From positions 62,001 through 123,159 of the forward strand of contig NGBS01001176.1 in NCBI GenBank assembly GCA_002245135.1: a stretch of DNA of 61,159 nucleotides, in the 5' to 3' direction. Source of the stretch: Proteromonas lacertae. Taxonomy: Eukaryota. A program made the translations under genes and the position numbers. How positions within the stretch are numbered: position 1 is the first letter of the stretch; every line of letters begins with the position of its first letter. Positions 12,100 to 24,061 of the stretch are shown piece after piece. Under the pieces are notes generated by a model. The model made no database searches, was not told the origin of the DNA, and was given only the letters and a program-made list of their open reading frames with translations.

Positions 12100-12440
12100 A
12101 GCAGAGGTTGTATATGAGTTATACCAGTCAATGTATATGAAATATTTATGCCAGCAGTAACTTCAACATTAGGAGATAGTAAAATATATATTTGGAAATC
12201 ATATATTTTACCCCAAATACAACTGCTAAATTACAGCCTCTAGATCAAGGCATCATTAGTTGGAAAACTATTGACAATTTCGAAGAAATTAGACGAATAA
12301 AAGTAAAAAATGGAATGGGTGGATGGAAATTTGGTAAACTCCTAATATTGCAGATTCGATTGTATATATGACAACTGTATTTAATGAAAAGAAATCTTCA
12401 ACAGTAATCAATTGCTGGAAAAAGTATGGTTATAAAGACA
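12100..12440 (+). pseudogene. pogo/Tigger-like (DDE_1) transposase remnant
   Basis: ccaaatacaactgctaaattacagcctctagatcaaggcatcatt = PNTTAKLQPLDQGII; downstream STVINCWKK; broken frames. Confidence 0.7.
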
Positions 12441-12781
12441 AGAATTCAAAGTATAAGAAAATTTGATCGTTTCAATTTTTATAAAACTGTACTTAATATA
12501 TATAGATTATAATATTTATTAGTTTGAACTTAATTCATAACAAAAATTAGGAAATTTCCACTCTTTTCTCAAATTAAATTGTATTCAACAATTAAATTCT
12601 ATTTCTCTAATAACAAAATAAGATAGTAATGTAAATATATAGCGAAAATAAAAAGACTATAGATAAATAGATGTATTATAACAACGTCTTATCTATTTCA
12701 AAACCCCAACAACCACCTCTAATATATAAAACCATAACTTGAATATGAGGGTATTTTTGGTTATTTTTTCGCTATTCAAAA

Positions 12782-13825
12782 TTATAATAAAACACTAAAG
12801 TTATAATCATACTTAAATGTTTTACCTTTTATTAAAAATGGTTTATGGTAATAAATAATATTATCTGGAAAAGGTATAACTTCAGAATAAGAAGCATAAA
12901 GTGTCAAACAAACATATCTTAAAGGAGCATCTCCCCATCTATATATAAATTGTCCATAACTTAAATCAATTAGATTTATAAATTCAAACACATCTAATCT
13001 TCTAAAGAACATCATATCTCCTATTTCTAAGTTATTGTTGTATGTCATTACTGTTTTGGTAAATATTTTACTATACCTTATAGTATCAGAAATTTTCAAA
13101 TTTAAAGAGTAGATCATTGAAAGTGTAAATTCTTTAAGTCCTTTTACAACAAAATACTTATCTGATAAAGCAACATTATGCATATATACAACTGAAGAAT
13201 TCATAAGCGAAAATAGATTTGCTGTTGTATTAAGATAGGATTGCGAATCAAGTCTCATAAAATATTTTATATCACATAATTCTGGGTTTATAAATATATC
13301 TCTGAAAAAGAATCTAATCATATGTTGATAATTCCATTTCCCTCTTCCTCTAAAATTTGGTTTTACTTTAGAACTATTAAAGTCATATGGAAAATCTGAG
13401 AAATATTTTGATACATCATATATTTTATACATTATTCCTCTATAGACATTATTATTAGTTATAACTTTCTCTGTCACAAAAAAGTAAAGTTGATCATAAT
13501 ATTTTCTTTTTAAATAGTCAATGTTTGTTGTTATAAAGTTCTTTATTTCACTCATAGTCAATAAAACAATTATTACATTTTTTTTACCTTTACAATTTTT
13601 CACTCTATTATAGATATAATTTATTTGTTTTATATATTTATTATGCCTAATGATTGAGTTAATAAATAAATTGGACAATGACATGTTACTTTTGTACTTT
13701 ATCTTTTTAATACTTGACAGGGAATAAATAAAATATTCAATAAAGGTAATAATAATAATTATATAATAGAAACATATACAAACTATGTTTATCATATGTA
13801 ACAGTGATAAATAAATAGCCAACAA
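12782..13825 (-). CDS. GT15 mannosyltransferase family protein (paralog of 1380-2336); ATG probably ~13795
   Basis: RGKWNYQHMIRFF, FMRLDS, YNNNLEI, YGQFIYRWGDAPLRY. Confidence 0.85.
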   Translation of the reverse strand: MLAIYLSLLHMINIVCICFYYIIIIITFIEYFIYSLSSIKKIKYKSNMSLSNLFINSIIRHNKYIKQINYIYNRVKNCKGKKNVIIVLLTMSEIKNFITTNIDYLKRKYYDQLYFFVTEKVITNNNVYRGIMYKIYDVSKYFSDFPYDFNSSKVKPNFRGRGKWNYQHMIRFFFRDIFINPELCDIKYFMRLDSQSYLNTTANLFSLMNSSVVYMHNVALSDKYFVVKGLKEFTLSMIYSLNLKISDTIRYSKIFTKTVMTYNNNLEIGDMMFFRRLDVFEFINLIDLSYGQFIYRWGDAPLRYVCLTLYASYSEVIPFPDNIIYYHKPFLIKGKTFKYDYNFSVLL

Positions 13826-13949
13826 GTAACGACTATTTTAGAATAAATTACATCTTATAAAATGTATGGTCCTTTGACTAAAGAATTATCTACTTATAAT
13901 CATTGGTATAGCCATTTTAGAATTCACATCGAACGAGTAAAAGGGCTTC

Positions 13950-14270
13950 TTGAAGCTATTAAGCATTTCTATCACATAAACATATAATAAGCTTAATACT
14001 GTTTGTCTCCCCATTGAGTACAGACACAACAGTATATAAATATATATTAATTTTACCAATGTGAATGTATATATTATGAGATAATACATATGGCAGGAAA
14101 TATGATATTTTAGTAAGACATTCAATTATTGAATGAAATATCGCACTAGTCCAATATTGAGATAAAACTAACACTTCTTTATATTTTTTAATATTTTCTT
14201 CAGATATTTTGTCTATTATCTTACATTTTTACTAATTACTACATTTTTAAATCGATATACTTTTATTTGA
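13950..14270 (-). pseudogene. GT61-like gene fragment interrupted by small hairpin element
   Basis: VLSQYWTSAIFHSIIECLTKI similar to 29076 and 35849 ORFs. Confidence 0.55.
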
Positions 14271-14760
14271 GGAGGTGTATATATATAAAAAACAGTTTTG
14301 AATATTTTTATGGGTGTAATTTTAAAAATATGTTTTTAATAGTTTTTAGCGTAGGATAGTAGAAATAATGTGTAGAAATAGATAAGTAGCTACCTGTTCT
14401 ACCCCGGCAGGGTAGCTACTTTATATAATAAGAAATGTATTTCTATGTAAGTAAGTAGCGTGTCCAGTGTAGCTTAGCTAGGACTTAGTGATTAAATAGT
14501 GTGGTGGCCAAGCTACAGAATGCGTTCTTACTTTTTTTTCATTTATCAATTTATTTATGGATTTATATAGTGTAGTTAAAAACATTCAAAAGAATTTAAA
14601 TAGTGTCAAAAATATATATTTAAAGAATTATCTGCAATATTCTGTATTTTTTACTAAATCGAAATTCTGACGTGAAACTGTTGTTATAAACAGAAAAAAG
14701 AAACAGTTTTGATTTTCCTGGCATTTTAGAAAAACCGTTTTTATCAAAAAATATATAAAT

Positions 14761-15186
14761 ATGTGTGCTTCAGTAAACTTTGCTTTCTTTTGTTCATTTA
14801 GAAATAATGAAGATTATTTGGATAAGTGTATATGTGGAACATGTAAGTTTTACTTATATTTTAACCATAATATAAGTGCAGTTTTAGATAGTCCATTACC
14901 TAAGGAAGAGATAAAGTCTTATAATGAATTCTGTGCTATTTGTCATCAAAAGATGTGGACAAAGTATAGTGATAAGAGATATTATATGATGCTTTTCGAT
15001 ATTAAACCATCAGTAAAACCAAGAGGATTAAATAGACATTATTTTGCAGTGTTTGATAAGTATATTGAGTGGTTAACACTACCTGTAACAATCTGTAACA
15101 AAAAAAAACAAAATAAAACTATAAAAGACAAATTAATACATATAACATTCATCACGTGCGATATCATTAATGCTATCAAGAGATAG
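14761..15186 (+). CDS. Cys-rich hypothetical protein (probable viral accessory gene)
   Basis: 141-aa ORF with CICGTC and CAIC motifs adjacent to the conserved viral orphan. Confidence 0.35.
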   Translation: MCASVNFAFFCSFRNNEDYLDKCICGTCKFYLYFNHNISAVLDSPLPKEEIKSYNEFCAICHQKMWTKYSDKRYYMMLFDIKPSVKPRGLNRHYFAVFDKYIEWLTLPVTICNKKKQNKTIKDKLIHITFITCDIINAIKR

Positions 15187-15726
15187 ATTGCTATTACTAT
15201 TACTTTCTCTATTATTTAGAGAATAAAGTGTATTATAATTACTATTTATTACTTTTGATGTATTTTTAATAAGTGTCTCAGATGGGATTATCTTCTTGAC
15301 TTGTTCATTTAGATTAATTATCTTCTTTAATTGTTGTTGAATGTTTTGTTGGTTTTCTATAATCCTTTTTTGACCCATAGTCCTCTTCTCTTTGTTATTA
15401 AAACTTCTTATGAATGATGATGATGAGAATGGAGGTAAATTTTTCTCATCTATTGCGAATTCTTTACTTAAGTCTCTAAACCATAAGCCTTTTTTAAGCC
15501 TTTCTTCTACATCGCATTGATACTCTGGATCAATGTACTGTAGTATATATCTAATTTCGTTGTATGTGAGTTCAGACTTCATACCAGAGATGTAATTATA
15601 AAGTTTAGTTCTAGTGGGAGATCTAATTTTACCATCATTTCTGAAATATCGCATTATTATATGCTTATCTAAGTTATTCAAACATAGATTAACCTTTTTA
15701 GATTGCTTAGAATTTTCTACGCTCAT
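15133..15726 (-). CDS. Conserved viral orphan protein (paralog of 25088-25711)
   Basis: LDKHIIMRYFRNDGKIRSPTRTKLY...LTYNEIRYIL vs LDKQVIIRSFRKDGKIRAPTKSKLY...LTYSEIRYIL; both head-to-head with the minor capsid gene. Confidence 0.75.
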   Translation of the reverse strand: MSVENSKQSKKVNLCLNNLDKHIIMRYFRNDGKIRSPTRTKLYNYISGMKSELTYNEIRYILQYIDPEYQCDVEERLKKGLWFRDLSKEFAIDEKNLPPFSSSSFIRSFNNKEKRTMGQKRIIENQQNIQQQLKKIINLNEQVKKIIPSETLIKNTSKVINSNYNTLYSLNNRESNSNSNLSLDSINDIARDECYMY

Positions 15727-15835
15727 TGTATAAACAGAAATTAAAAATATTAAATTGTGCAAAAATGCTTATAATATTAATAATGCTTATTATGCTTATT
15801 TCTTAAATATCAGTTACACATTTATATAAAAACAA

Positions 15836-16374
15836 ATGATTCCTTATGAACATCGTACTTATTACCTTAATTCTTATATGGTATCTTCTACTGATCAGTT
15901 TTCTACTAAGTATAAAAAAGTTTTGCATTTACCTGCATTCGATGAAGATTATTCTGACATTTCATTGAAAGACTGTGTTATTCCTAATAGTTTTCCTACT
16001 ATACAAGAGGATACTAATGACACTTTCAGTATATTCATAGATTCACAAGTTAATCCAAGTTATGGATCTTATAAATTTGATAGAGATGAATTATATAAAG
16101 GAGTTAAAATACCAGAAGGTTTTTATACTCAAGATCAAATGCTTAAGATTATTAACAATGTATTCAAAGATATTACATTAAAAAAATTTATGCCTTATAA
16201 TGAAGAAGTATTATCAGAGGATGATAAGAATATGCAAATGTTTATAGGTGATGTATTTGAAATAGATGATAAAGATGATTTTCAAACTAATCACTTACAA
16301 ATAGTTGGTAAAACAACTATCTTATATGATCCTGTTAGAAGTAGTGGTAAATATAGTTATCCAATATGTGGTAA
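15836..16374 (+). pseudogene. Putative minor capsid protein, N-terminal half, truncated by foldback-element end
   Basis: HRTYYLNS...ISLKDCVIPNSFPTIQ...IPEGFY; homologous to 24709-25026 and 48055-48432. Confidence 0.7.
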
Positions 16375-16440
16375 ATACATTTAGTTTGTTTTAAAAGTGT
16401 GTGGTAGACAAATGGCCAACTCTGACAAGCGTCATACAAC
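16374..16440. repeat. Isolated terminal piece of foldback element
   Basis: atacatttagtttgttttaaaagtgtgtggtagacaaatggccaac matches ~17057-17102. Confidence 0.8.
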
Positions 16441-16489
16441 TAGGATATATCGATCGTAAGGTGATTATCAGTAAACAGTTATTACAGTT

Positions 16490-17122
16490 GTTGTGCGTTG
16501 TTTGTCATAGTTGGCCGTTTGTCTGCCACACACTTTTAAAACAAACTAAATGTATATTCTTACTTGTCTTGATGAAATATTGTTACTTTTATACTTACTT
16601 TGTTATATGACCTACCTCTATAATATACTCTTTTGTTAATATAAATAGTTTGAATATTTGCGCGTTTGTTTTCTAGAAATTTTTGAAACAATCTAAATAC
16701 ATATTTAGCTAATATAAACTAAAATACATTAGCTGAAATGATTAGAACTACTTAATGTTGATCATAAGACATATAAAATGAAAAATGAAAATATAGAATC
16801 AAGCCTCACTCAAGCCTATTTCACATTTCTTTTTTTATATTGAAAGATTTAATAATAATTACATTCTAATTATTTCAGCTAATGTATTTTAGTTTATATT
16901 AGCTAAATATGTATTTAGTTTGCTTCAAAAATTTCTAGAAAACAAATGGCGCAAATATTCAAACTATTTATATTAACAAGACAGTATACTGCAGAGGTAG
17001 GTCATATAACAAAGTAAGTATAAAAGAAACAATTTTTCATCAAGACAAGTAAGAATATACATTTAGTTTGTTTTAAAAGTGTGTGGCAGACAAACGGCCA
17101 ACTATGACATACGGCGCACAAC
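16490..17122. mobile_element. Foldback/MITE element with ~255-bp inverted arms (termini GTTGTGC...GCACAAC)
   Basis: 16490-~16748 is the near reverse complement of ~16864-17122; no coding capacity; related copies elsewhere in the window. Confidence 0.85.
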
Positions 17123-17717
17123 AATTGCGATGAACAAGAACTAGAAGGAGTTGTTACATGAAATGGTTGCCATCAGTTCTAGAGATTGGTATCGGTAAAG
17201 ATCACAAGTAATTCTTCAAGAGATGTCAAGGATGAGATCAACTCTAACTTCTGTAGTCAGTCTCAAGGTACTTATCAGAGCAGTGATTATAGACTGATAG
17301 GAACCGAGAGTAAAGACGAAATACTTCATAGACAATGTCTGTCACGTCCGAGAAGTCCAAGGTAGGTAAAGGAGCATCTGGAATAGAGACGATTAGTAGA
17401 TCATGCAACTTACAAGGCCATTGTAAGACCTATAAGTCTACATTCATAAGTTAGATAGTTATTCACATTAGATTACCTGTGTAGTATATCATTCATTAAA
17501 TTCTGTCCACTTTTCCTTCTTTTTATTGGATTGTGTAGACTGAAGAAAATAATCATTACTTGTTGGCTTGAGTAAGAGTTATAGTATTTGGACCATCATC
17601 TAATTATTCTTCATTTTATTAATATATAATAAGTATAATTTATTAATTTTCAAAATAATATATATATTACTTTGTTGTATTTTTTATATTATTATAATAA
17701 TATTTATAAAAACAATT

Positions 17718-19002
17718 GTGGTTAGAAATAGATACATATGTAATATATTTTCTGAAAAATGTATAGAGCATAAAGCAATAGAACACACAATAAGCTACTC
17801 AGTTGTTACTAAAACCGTGGAATTAGATTCATTAAATTTTCATTATAACTATATTCTAAAATATAATATATTAAATCATTATTACATTGCACTAGATTCT
17901 GAGTCTTTTAATTTCATGAATAAATATACAAACAATATATTTTTAAAATTATTGAATATTAGTCAAAATAAAAATGACGATTATGGATCTGAAAACTATG
18001 GAAAAATAGTAATAAGTAAAACAAAAATAAATAGCATTATGCTGAATATAAATAAAGAAATTATTCTAGTAGATATTGATATTTATTTCTTTCAAAATCC
18101 AATCAATTATATAATTAATCATGAAGAAGATTTAGTTATATCGCAAGATGATTATAAAAATGTAAATACAGGATTTTAGTATTATAATATATATATTTTA
18201 GTTATTTAAAGAATAATCAAAGAACAAAGTACTTTATAAGAAGTATAATTAATTTAACAAAAAAAGAAAAATACAATAGTGAACAAAAATATTGGAATAT
18301 TATCATAAATGGTAATAGAAAAATTACTATTTATTATTTGAATATGTCAATTTTTTGTAATGGAGATGTATTTTATACTAAAGGTCACAGACATTTCTTT
18401 GATGATATAAGTTTAGGAAATACATGCATAACAGTGCATAATAATTTTATCAAAGGATCTGATGCAAAAATATACAGAGAAAAAGAAATGTTATTCTTTA
18501 ATGTTAATTTCAACAACTATTATACATCCAATAATGTTAATTATTTTGCATTCATCTATAAAAATGATAATAATATATTTGCTATTGAAAATTTAATTAT
18601 TATAGGATTAACTTTCACTATAAACTCTTCATTCAAGTTTATTTTACCTAGAATTCCTTGCATATATTGTAAAATTCGAGGGAAAAAATGGTGTTCATAT
18701 ATAGATTGTTGGAAAATTAGAAAATTAAATAATTGTTTCTTAAATAAATATAGAGAAAATGTAAGTTAAATTATCTTCTATTATACTAGTCTTTTATAAA
18801 CAACAAGTTAGTTCCTCAAACAATAAAAAAGAATATAATATATACAGTGTTTTCTTATATGATTATAAATCATAATAATTTAAAAAAAATAGTAAATACA
18901 TCAAATAGATATACTAATATTATGATAGATTTCAGATTAAACAAGTTTCTAAATTCATCTTATTATAGAGATTACTATAAATGTATAATTAGAAATAATT
19001 AA
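17718..19002 (+). CDS. Nucleotide-diphospho-sugar transferase (GT77-like), spliced: introns 18179-18201 and 18761-18789; start uncertain
   Basis: LVDIDIYFFQNP DxD; removing the 23-nt and 29-nt GT-AG introns restores NTGFYY...EQKYWN...VHNNF...YRENSFINNKLVP in one frame. Confidence 0.75.
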
Positions 19003-19307
19003 AAATTATAAATCATAATAAATTTAGGTATTTACTTAAATTGCTAAATGTATATACAGATATAAATTTATGCAAATTTTTAATATTGCAACATTTAGCA
19101 TAACGATAATAAGTGCTGTTTGATATTCCTCGTAAATATTCTTCGTAAAAAATCATCGAATTGGAAAAAGAGATTGAGGTGATTATTTACACAAGTTATA
19201 ACAAAATTTAAAAGAACTTTATTAAACAAAATTTAAATATAGTTTTGGTTTTAAATTTTGTTTATAACTTTATTTAAATTTAGAAAGTTCTTTTATAAAT
19301 CAAATTA

Positions 19308-19996
19308 TTAAATTACTATGGCATTATATTTAATGTAGTTTTTATTAATAATAAAATTATAATTAATGTATATTATTCTTATATATCCATATATAATATT
19401 ATTTTTATATAATTCAATATACATATTTCTTTTATACCATATTTTTGGTATATATGATAAAATATCTGCATATATGACATATTCGATAAACATGTTTATA
19501 TATTTTCCTTTACATAATTCTACTATATTGATTAATTTTGATATTATAATATTTCTTTTTAATATGCTGTGATTTTTTAACATTATATATATTTTCGTAG
19601 CATTTTCATTGACAAATGATTTTATTTCTTTGACATATTTTTCATATATATTTGAATTGAATTTAAATATAGAAGGATATTTCACAACAGAGACATTTCA
19701 TCCATGGAAAATATTCTAATACTTCTAATGGTAATTTACCCTAATAATAGAATAAGAATATACAGTGTAGTTATTAGGGAAAATAGAAAATGATGTATAT
19801 ATTCTTATTCTAATGAATTTGTTGTTAAATTACATCGAAGAATTATAATTTTATATGATATAAATGATGTATATAGATTTAAAGTTTTGTTTTTATTACA
19901 TGTTATAATAACCACATATATATTGTAAGAACAGAATTTTATTACATTAAAATATATTACCATAAACTGTATTAATAATAGTAAAACAAAATACAT
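19308..19996 (-). pseudogene. Degraded TM-anchored host gene (unknown family), probable 23-nt intron 19741-19763
   Basis: Signal-anchor ORF followed by broken frames; minus-strand gtatattcttattctattattag. Confidence 0.3.
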
Positions 19997-20154
19997 TTTA
20001 ACTAATAAGCTGAAATTATAGATTGTCTAACGAGTTGAAAGGTTTTATTACATTCTGCAGGTATTAAAACTTCATCTCTACTTATATAGTTAGAACACTC
20101 TTCTCTCCTCTTCCAGAAACCGAAGATATACTCAATAGGGTTTAATAGTGATTT

Positions 20155-20582
20155 CGTGCACAGTTTGTCATAGTTGACCGTTTGTGTGCCAGATATTTTT
20201 AAAACAAACTAAATGTATTTTCTTACTTGTCTTGATGAAACATTGTTACTTTTACACTTACTTTGTTATATAACCTATATGTGCATTATACTTTTGTGGT
20301 AATTTTAGTATTGTATATTTAAAACACTTTTATTTTTATTTTTTGTTTTAATGTTTACTAAAATACATTAACTGAGATGATTAGAATTAATGAACATTAA
20401 CTTATTCCCGTCTAAAAAAGAAATGTAAAATTTTGACTTGATTGAGGCTTGAAATTATTATTATTTTTGGTTTTTAACGGTCTTTTAATTGAAATCTAAA
20501 TATTTTAATCATCTCAGTTAATGTATTTTAGTAAACATTAAAACAAAAAATTAAATTAAATGTGTTTTATATATACAATACT
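20155..20582. mobile_element. Diverged, right-truncated copy of the foldback element
   Basis: tttgtcatagttgaccgtttg...aaaacaaactaaatgta...cttgtcttgatgaaa matches ~16500-16610; internal inverted arms ~20305-20385 / ~20505-20582. Confidence 0.75.
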
Positions 20583-20822
20583 CATGAGTAGTACTGTGGA
20601 ATAGTTGTTTTACCATGATTCAACATTATTTCATAGTTTCTAACTGAGATTAAGAAAATATAACTTCCAATAATTCAACATTATTTGATATTCCTGATAT
20701 AGGCTCAGTTACTACATCATGTAAAACTTCAACCTTTGCCGCGCTGTTTAAGTACTCATGTCTACAGAAATCATAAATTCAATTTATGTAATGTATTGTC
20801 TATAAATGTTATATATTATGAG

Positions 20823-21075
20823 AAATGGGACTCTGGGACATTGTCACAAAGTCCTAACGAGTTTTCTAGGGGTCCATCACTTTTTAGATTCAGAGTTGAC
20901 TTTTAAGGGAGCTTCATCGATTGCATCGATGAAGCTCCCGTTAGAACAGTGTGACAATGTCCCATAGTCCCATTTACGTAAGGTTCCTACGGGATTCCTC
21001 CTAAAGGGGTCTACTTCCCAACGGGGTCTTCTTCCCAACGGGTTCTATTTCCTACGAGGTCTATTTCCCTACGGG
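20823..21075. repeat. Left TIR: palindrome 20823-20975 (inner arm with ~48-bp deletion) plus ~17-bp subterminal tandem units
   Basis: aaatgggactctgggacattgtcaca...gggagcttcatcgattgcatcgatgaagctccc...tgtgacaatgtcccatagtcccattt, then ggggtctacttcccaac-like units. Confidence 0.9.
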
Positions 21076-21209
21076 GATCTTTCTCATGCTCGCTGCACTG
21101 CGCCTATTTAACTTTTATTTCCTTTTGCAAGATTTGAACCCGGCTGGGCTAGTACTTCCTACGGCATTCCTCTGACCATTCGGGCTACGCCCCCCAAGGA
21201 AAAGAACCT

Positions 21210-21629
21210 TCAATCATGTATATATACCTTCATAATATGTTTACCAAAACGTTTAACTAACTGATTCATTTGATTATAAATAGGAGTTACCTGATCATTT
21301 AAAGTGTAAAAACTTTCTCTAACCATAACATATAAACTATCATCATATTTACCTGGATTTGGAAAAGCAATCACATCATAAACATTTTTAATCATCTCAT
21401 ATAAATTTCTTTCATTTGCTTCTAATTTCGTTTTGCCTATCGTATTAACAACACTTTTAATTGAATCAACATGACTGATAGATATTACATTAATATCTTC
21501 TAACATTTTTCTAATTGTTTTATCATCATCAGCTTTCTTACCTAAATTGTTTGTTATCGTTGTAATAGACTTAGTTATAGCACCTGTATCTATTGATACA
21601 GCTTGTTTTTTTAAGGGACCACCAAACAT
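21210..21629 (-). CDS. Hypothetical viral protein downstream of ATPase
   Basis: ORF from MFGGPLKKQ (ATG 21629) co-oriented with the capsid cassette. Confidence 0.5.
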   Translation of the reverse strand: MFGGPLKKQAVSIDTGAITKSITTITNNLGKKADDDKTIRKMLEDINVISISHVDSIKSVVNTIGKTKLEANERNLYEMIKNVYDVIAFPNPGKYDDSLYVMVRESFYTLNDQVTPIYNQMNQLVKRFGKHIMKVYIHD

Positions 21630-21678
21630 AAAATATAATAAAAGAATGATAAAAATTAAGTTACTAGCATTATGAGGA

Positions 21679-22524
21679 TTATTCTGAATCATCATCAGTA
21701 TCGGACGAATCAGAGGAAGAAGAGGAGGAACTAATGCTGGTATTTTCATTATCACTTTTATAACCATTACTATCGTTTTTAATTTTCATATTAAAGTTTA
21801 CACGAAATTCATGATTGCACAAATCGATGTAGCGGAATGAATGATTACTGTAATTGGTTGCATACTTGTAATATTCTCTAAACTTACTGAAATCTACCCA
21901 CAAACCTAAACTATTATGAACACTGTGTAGATTAGCTAAACTTAGATTTCTAAATACTAAGCAATAATCTAATTGTAGACGAACAGATGGTGTTAAATCT
22001 GTATCATATTGACTTGATATAATTACTTTTGACTTGTAATGACGGTTTGATTTGAGTAGTTTTGAAACGGTCTTATTTGATAAATCGAATGATATATCAT
22101 CGAATGTAAAGATATTTTCAGGATAACTATAATTGTCTTTATCAACATCTGTGATATTTTCTAATACTGCTTCTAATACATTCACTTTATCTTCATTTAC
22201 TATAGAATAGTAACAATGGTATTCTATTAAATTGTACTTCAGCATATCAGTGATCTTTTCATAAATAATATCCTTTGAAATTGTTCCTACAAAGAAATAT
22301 ACAGTTTGATCATAATTCTTCTTTAACAAGTGTTGTATCATGTTAAATATAAGCGTTGTCTTTCCACTGTTCTTCTTAGCTAATATAAATATGTTGCAGA
22401 AAGGCTCTTCAAAATAATCATAGCCTAAAACAGTATCTCTTGATCTCTTTTTATTACCTTTGACTACTGATTCTACTGGCGTTATGACAACGTCATTACA
22501 TTTCTCTAGTTTTATTTTACTCAT
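21679..22524 (-). CDS. A32/FtsK-like DNA packaging ATPase
   Basis: Walker A AKKNSGKTT, Walker B FTFDD, SNRHYK and ISSQ motifs typical of A32-like ATPases. Confidence 0.88.
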   Translation of the reverse strand: MSKIKLEKCNDVVITPVESVVKGNKKRSRDTVLGYDYFEEPFCNIFILAKKNSGKTTLIFNMIQHLLKKNYDQTVYFFVGTISKDIIYEKITDMLKYNLIEYHCYYSIVNEDKVNVLEAVLENITDVDKDNYSYPENIFTFDDISFDLSNKTVSKLLKSNRHYKSKVIISSQYDTDLTPSVRLQLDYCLVFRNLSLANLHSVHNSLGLWVDFSKFREYYKYATNYSNHSFRYIDLCNHEFRVNFNMKIKNDSNGYKSDNENTSISSSSSSSDSSDTDDDSE

Positions 22525-22588
22525 TTAAAGAAAAAATAAAAAAACAATTATATAAAGAATATAACCATTATGTTAGTTATTAGTTAGT

Positions 22589-24031
22589 TTAAATAACACT
22601 TACAATTCCGCTTCCATTGATTGTACACATTCTTCCTGTAACTATATAGAAACGATGAGTGATATTAAAGTTAGTGAAATCATTTGTACCAGGAGTAGAC
22701 AACTCAAAAGTGATCTTTAAGTCACTAGCTAATGGTCTTCCTGATTGATTCTTGATATTATCCAAGTCTTTTGATCCAAAATTCAAAATTTCAAAGAACT
22801 TCTTTTCAAAAGGAATATGTCTTTTGAATATATCAAACCATGAATCTTTGAAATAATCTTGTACAGTCATGTAACTATCATAATACTGCATTAATGAATA
22901 GTCTGGTTGATACACGAAATCGTTAATCATCCATCTGAATTGTGCATTTTCAGGAATTACTGCATATCTATTTTCTGTTGTTTGACCTCCACCTGTTTGA
23001 GTTCCTTCGATCCATGGTCTATAGATAATGTAACGTAAGAATGGTCCATTTGAACTGTTCAATGTAAAGGAATAGTTAAATTGTCCACATCCACCTTGAT
23101 TTACTGTTAATGTATGACACTTTACATCATTGAACTGGATTGGTTTAGATAAACAATAACTTCTTGTATTGTTATTACATTGAGTATCCTTATTCAAATA
23201 AGCATAGAAATAAAAATTCTTGAATTTAATTGAATCTGGTTTTATTCCATTTGCAGGCCAGTTTATTGTTGTAGCTGCGCCTTTATCATTATTAAAACCC
23301 ATAATTTGTCCAAATTTAGGACTTTGTTGGAAATTGAAACATAAATACATTCTCTTTCCAAAGAATACATCACTTTTCATTGATAAAAATGTATTGTAAA
23401 ATTTACCTAAAAACATCTTTACATGAATAGTTTTAGACTTCTTATACTGTTGATATTTATCTGTTGTTCCAGTAGCTGTAACAAATGTAGCTTCTTCTTT
23501 ATCCATATCCCATTTATTCTCATCTTGAATTAAATGATCATGGTATTCATCATTCCATTTTAATTGAATTCCATCATAATAGTTTGATTGATAAAAAATG
23601 TCAGATCTTTTTCTCACTAATTCATCCATAAACACTCTATAGTGTTCATAATTGTCATCAAGCTTGACCAGATCTGTTCCTGTATTATTACATAAACGAA
23701 ATGCTGCTAATCCAAATCCTTCTTTCATTCCTTTTATATACTTTGGATATATATTATCACTACCTGCTACTTTATCTTTACCTTTTGTAAATGCATCTGC
23801 TTTAGCAAGTGGAGTAGTTTCAATTTCGATATCATATTGAATGTAAGACTTTGCAAGGTTTATAATGTTCTCACCACTTAATTCGAACCTTATTTCATCT
23901 GAATAAGTATTATCTTTAAGTTGATAGAATGATTTAGTTTCCATTGGTGTCAACTTGACATACTGGTAAAAGGCCATCATTGCTGGAACGTCTACACCGT
24001 GTTTTTGCTCTTTTGGGATAGTTAGAGACAT
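22589..24031 (-). CDS. Putative double jelly-roll major capsid protein (intact ORF)
   Basis: ~480 aa, beta-rich, IRFELSG..INLAKSYIQYDI N-terminal pattern; lies between minor-capsid-like gene and ATPase; paralog at 46030-47406. Confidence 0.7.
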   Translation of the reverse strand: MSLTIPKEQKHGVDVPAMMAFYQYVKLTPMETKSFYQLKDNTYSDEIRFELSGENIINLAKSYIQYDIEIETTPLAKADAFTKGKDKVAGSDNIYPKYIKGMKEGFGLAAFRLCNNTGTDLVKLDDNYEHYRVFMDELVRKRSDIFYQSNYYDGIQLKWNDEYHDHLIQDENKWDMDKEEATFVTATGTTDKYQQYKKSKTIHVKMFLGKFYNTFLSMKSDVFFGKRMYLCFNFQQSPKFGQIMGFNNDKGAATTINWPANGIKPDSIKFKNFYFYAYLNKDTQCNNNTRSYCLSKPIQFNDVKCHTLTVNQGGCGQFNYSFTLNSSNGPFLRYIIYRPWIEGTQTGGGQTTENRYAVIPENAQFRWMINDFVYQPDYSLMQYYDSYMTVQDYFKDSWFDIFKRHIPFEKKFFEILNFGSKDLDNIKNQSGRPLASDLKITFELSTPGTNDFTNFNITHRFYIVTGRMCTINGSGIVSVI

Positions 24032-24061
24032 CAGAAACACAAAATAAAAATAAAATAAAAA

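Noticed and set aside
16401..16610. 69-aa ORF
   Set aside because: Reads through non-coding foldback arms
20985..21080. Short repeated units resembling a CRISPR array
   Set aside because: Units are contiguous degenerate tandem repeats without unique spacers; no cas genes; eukaryotic context
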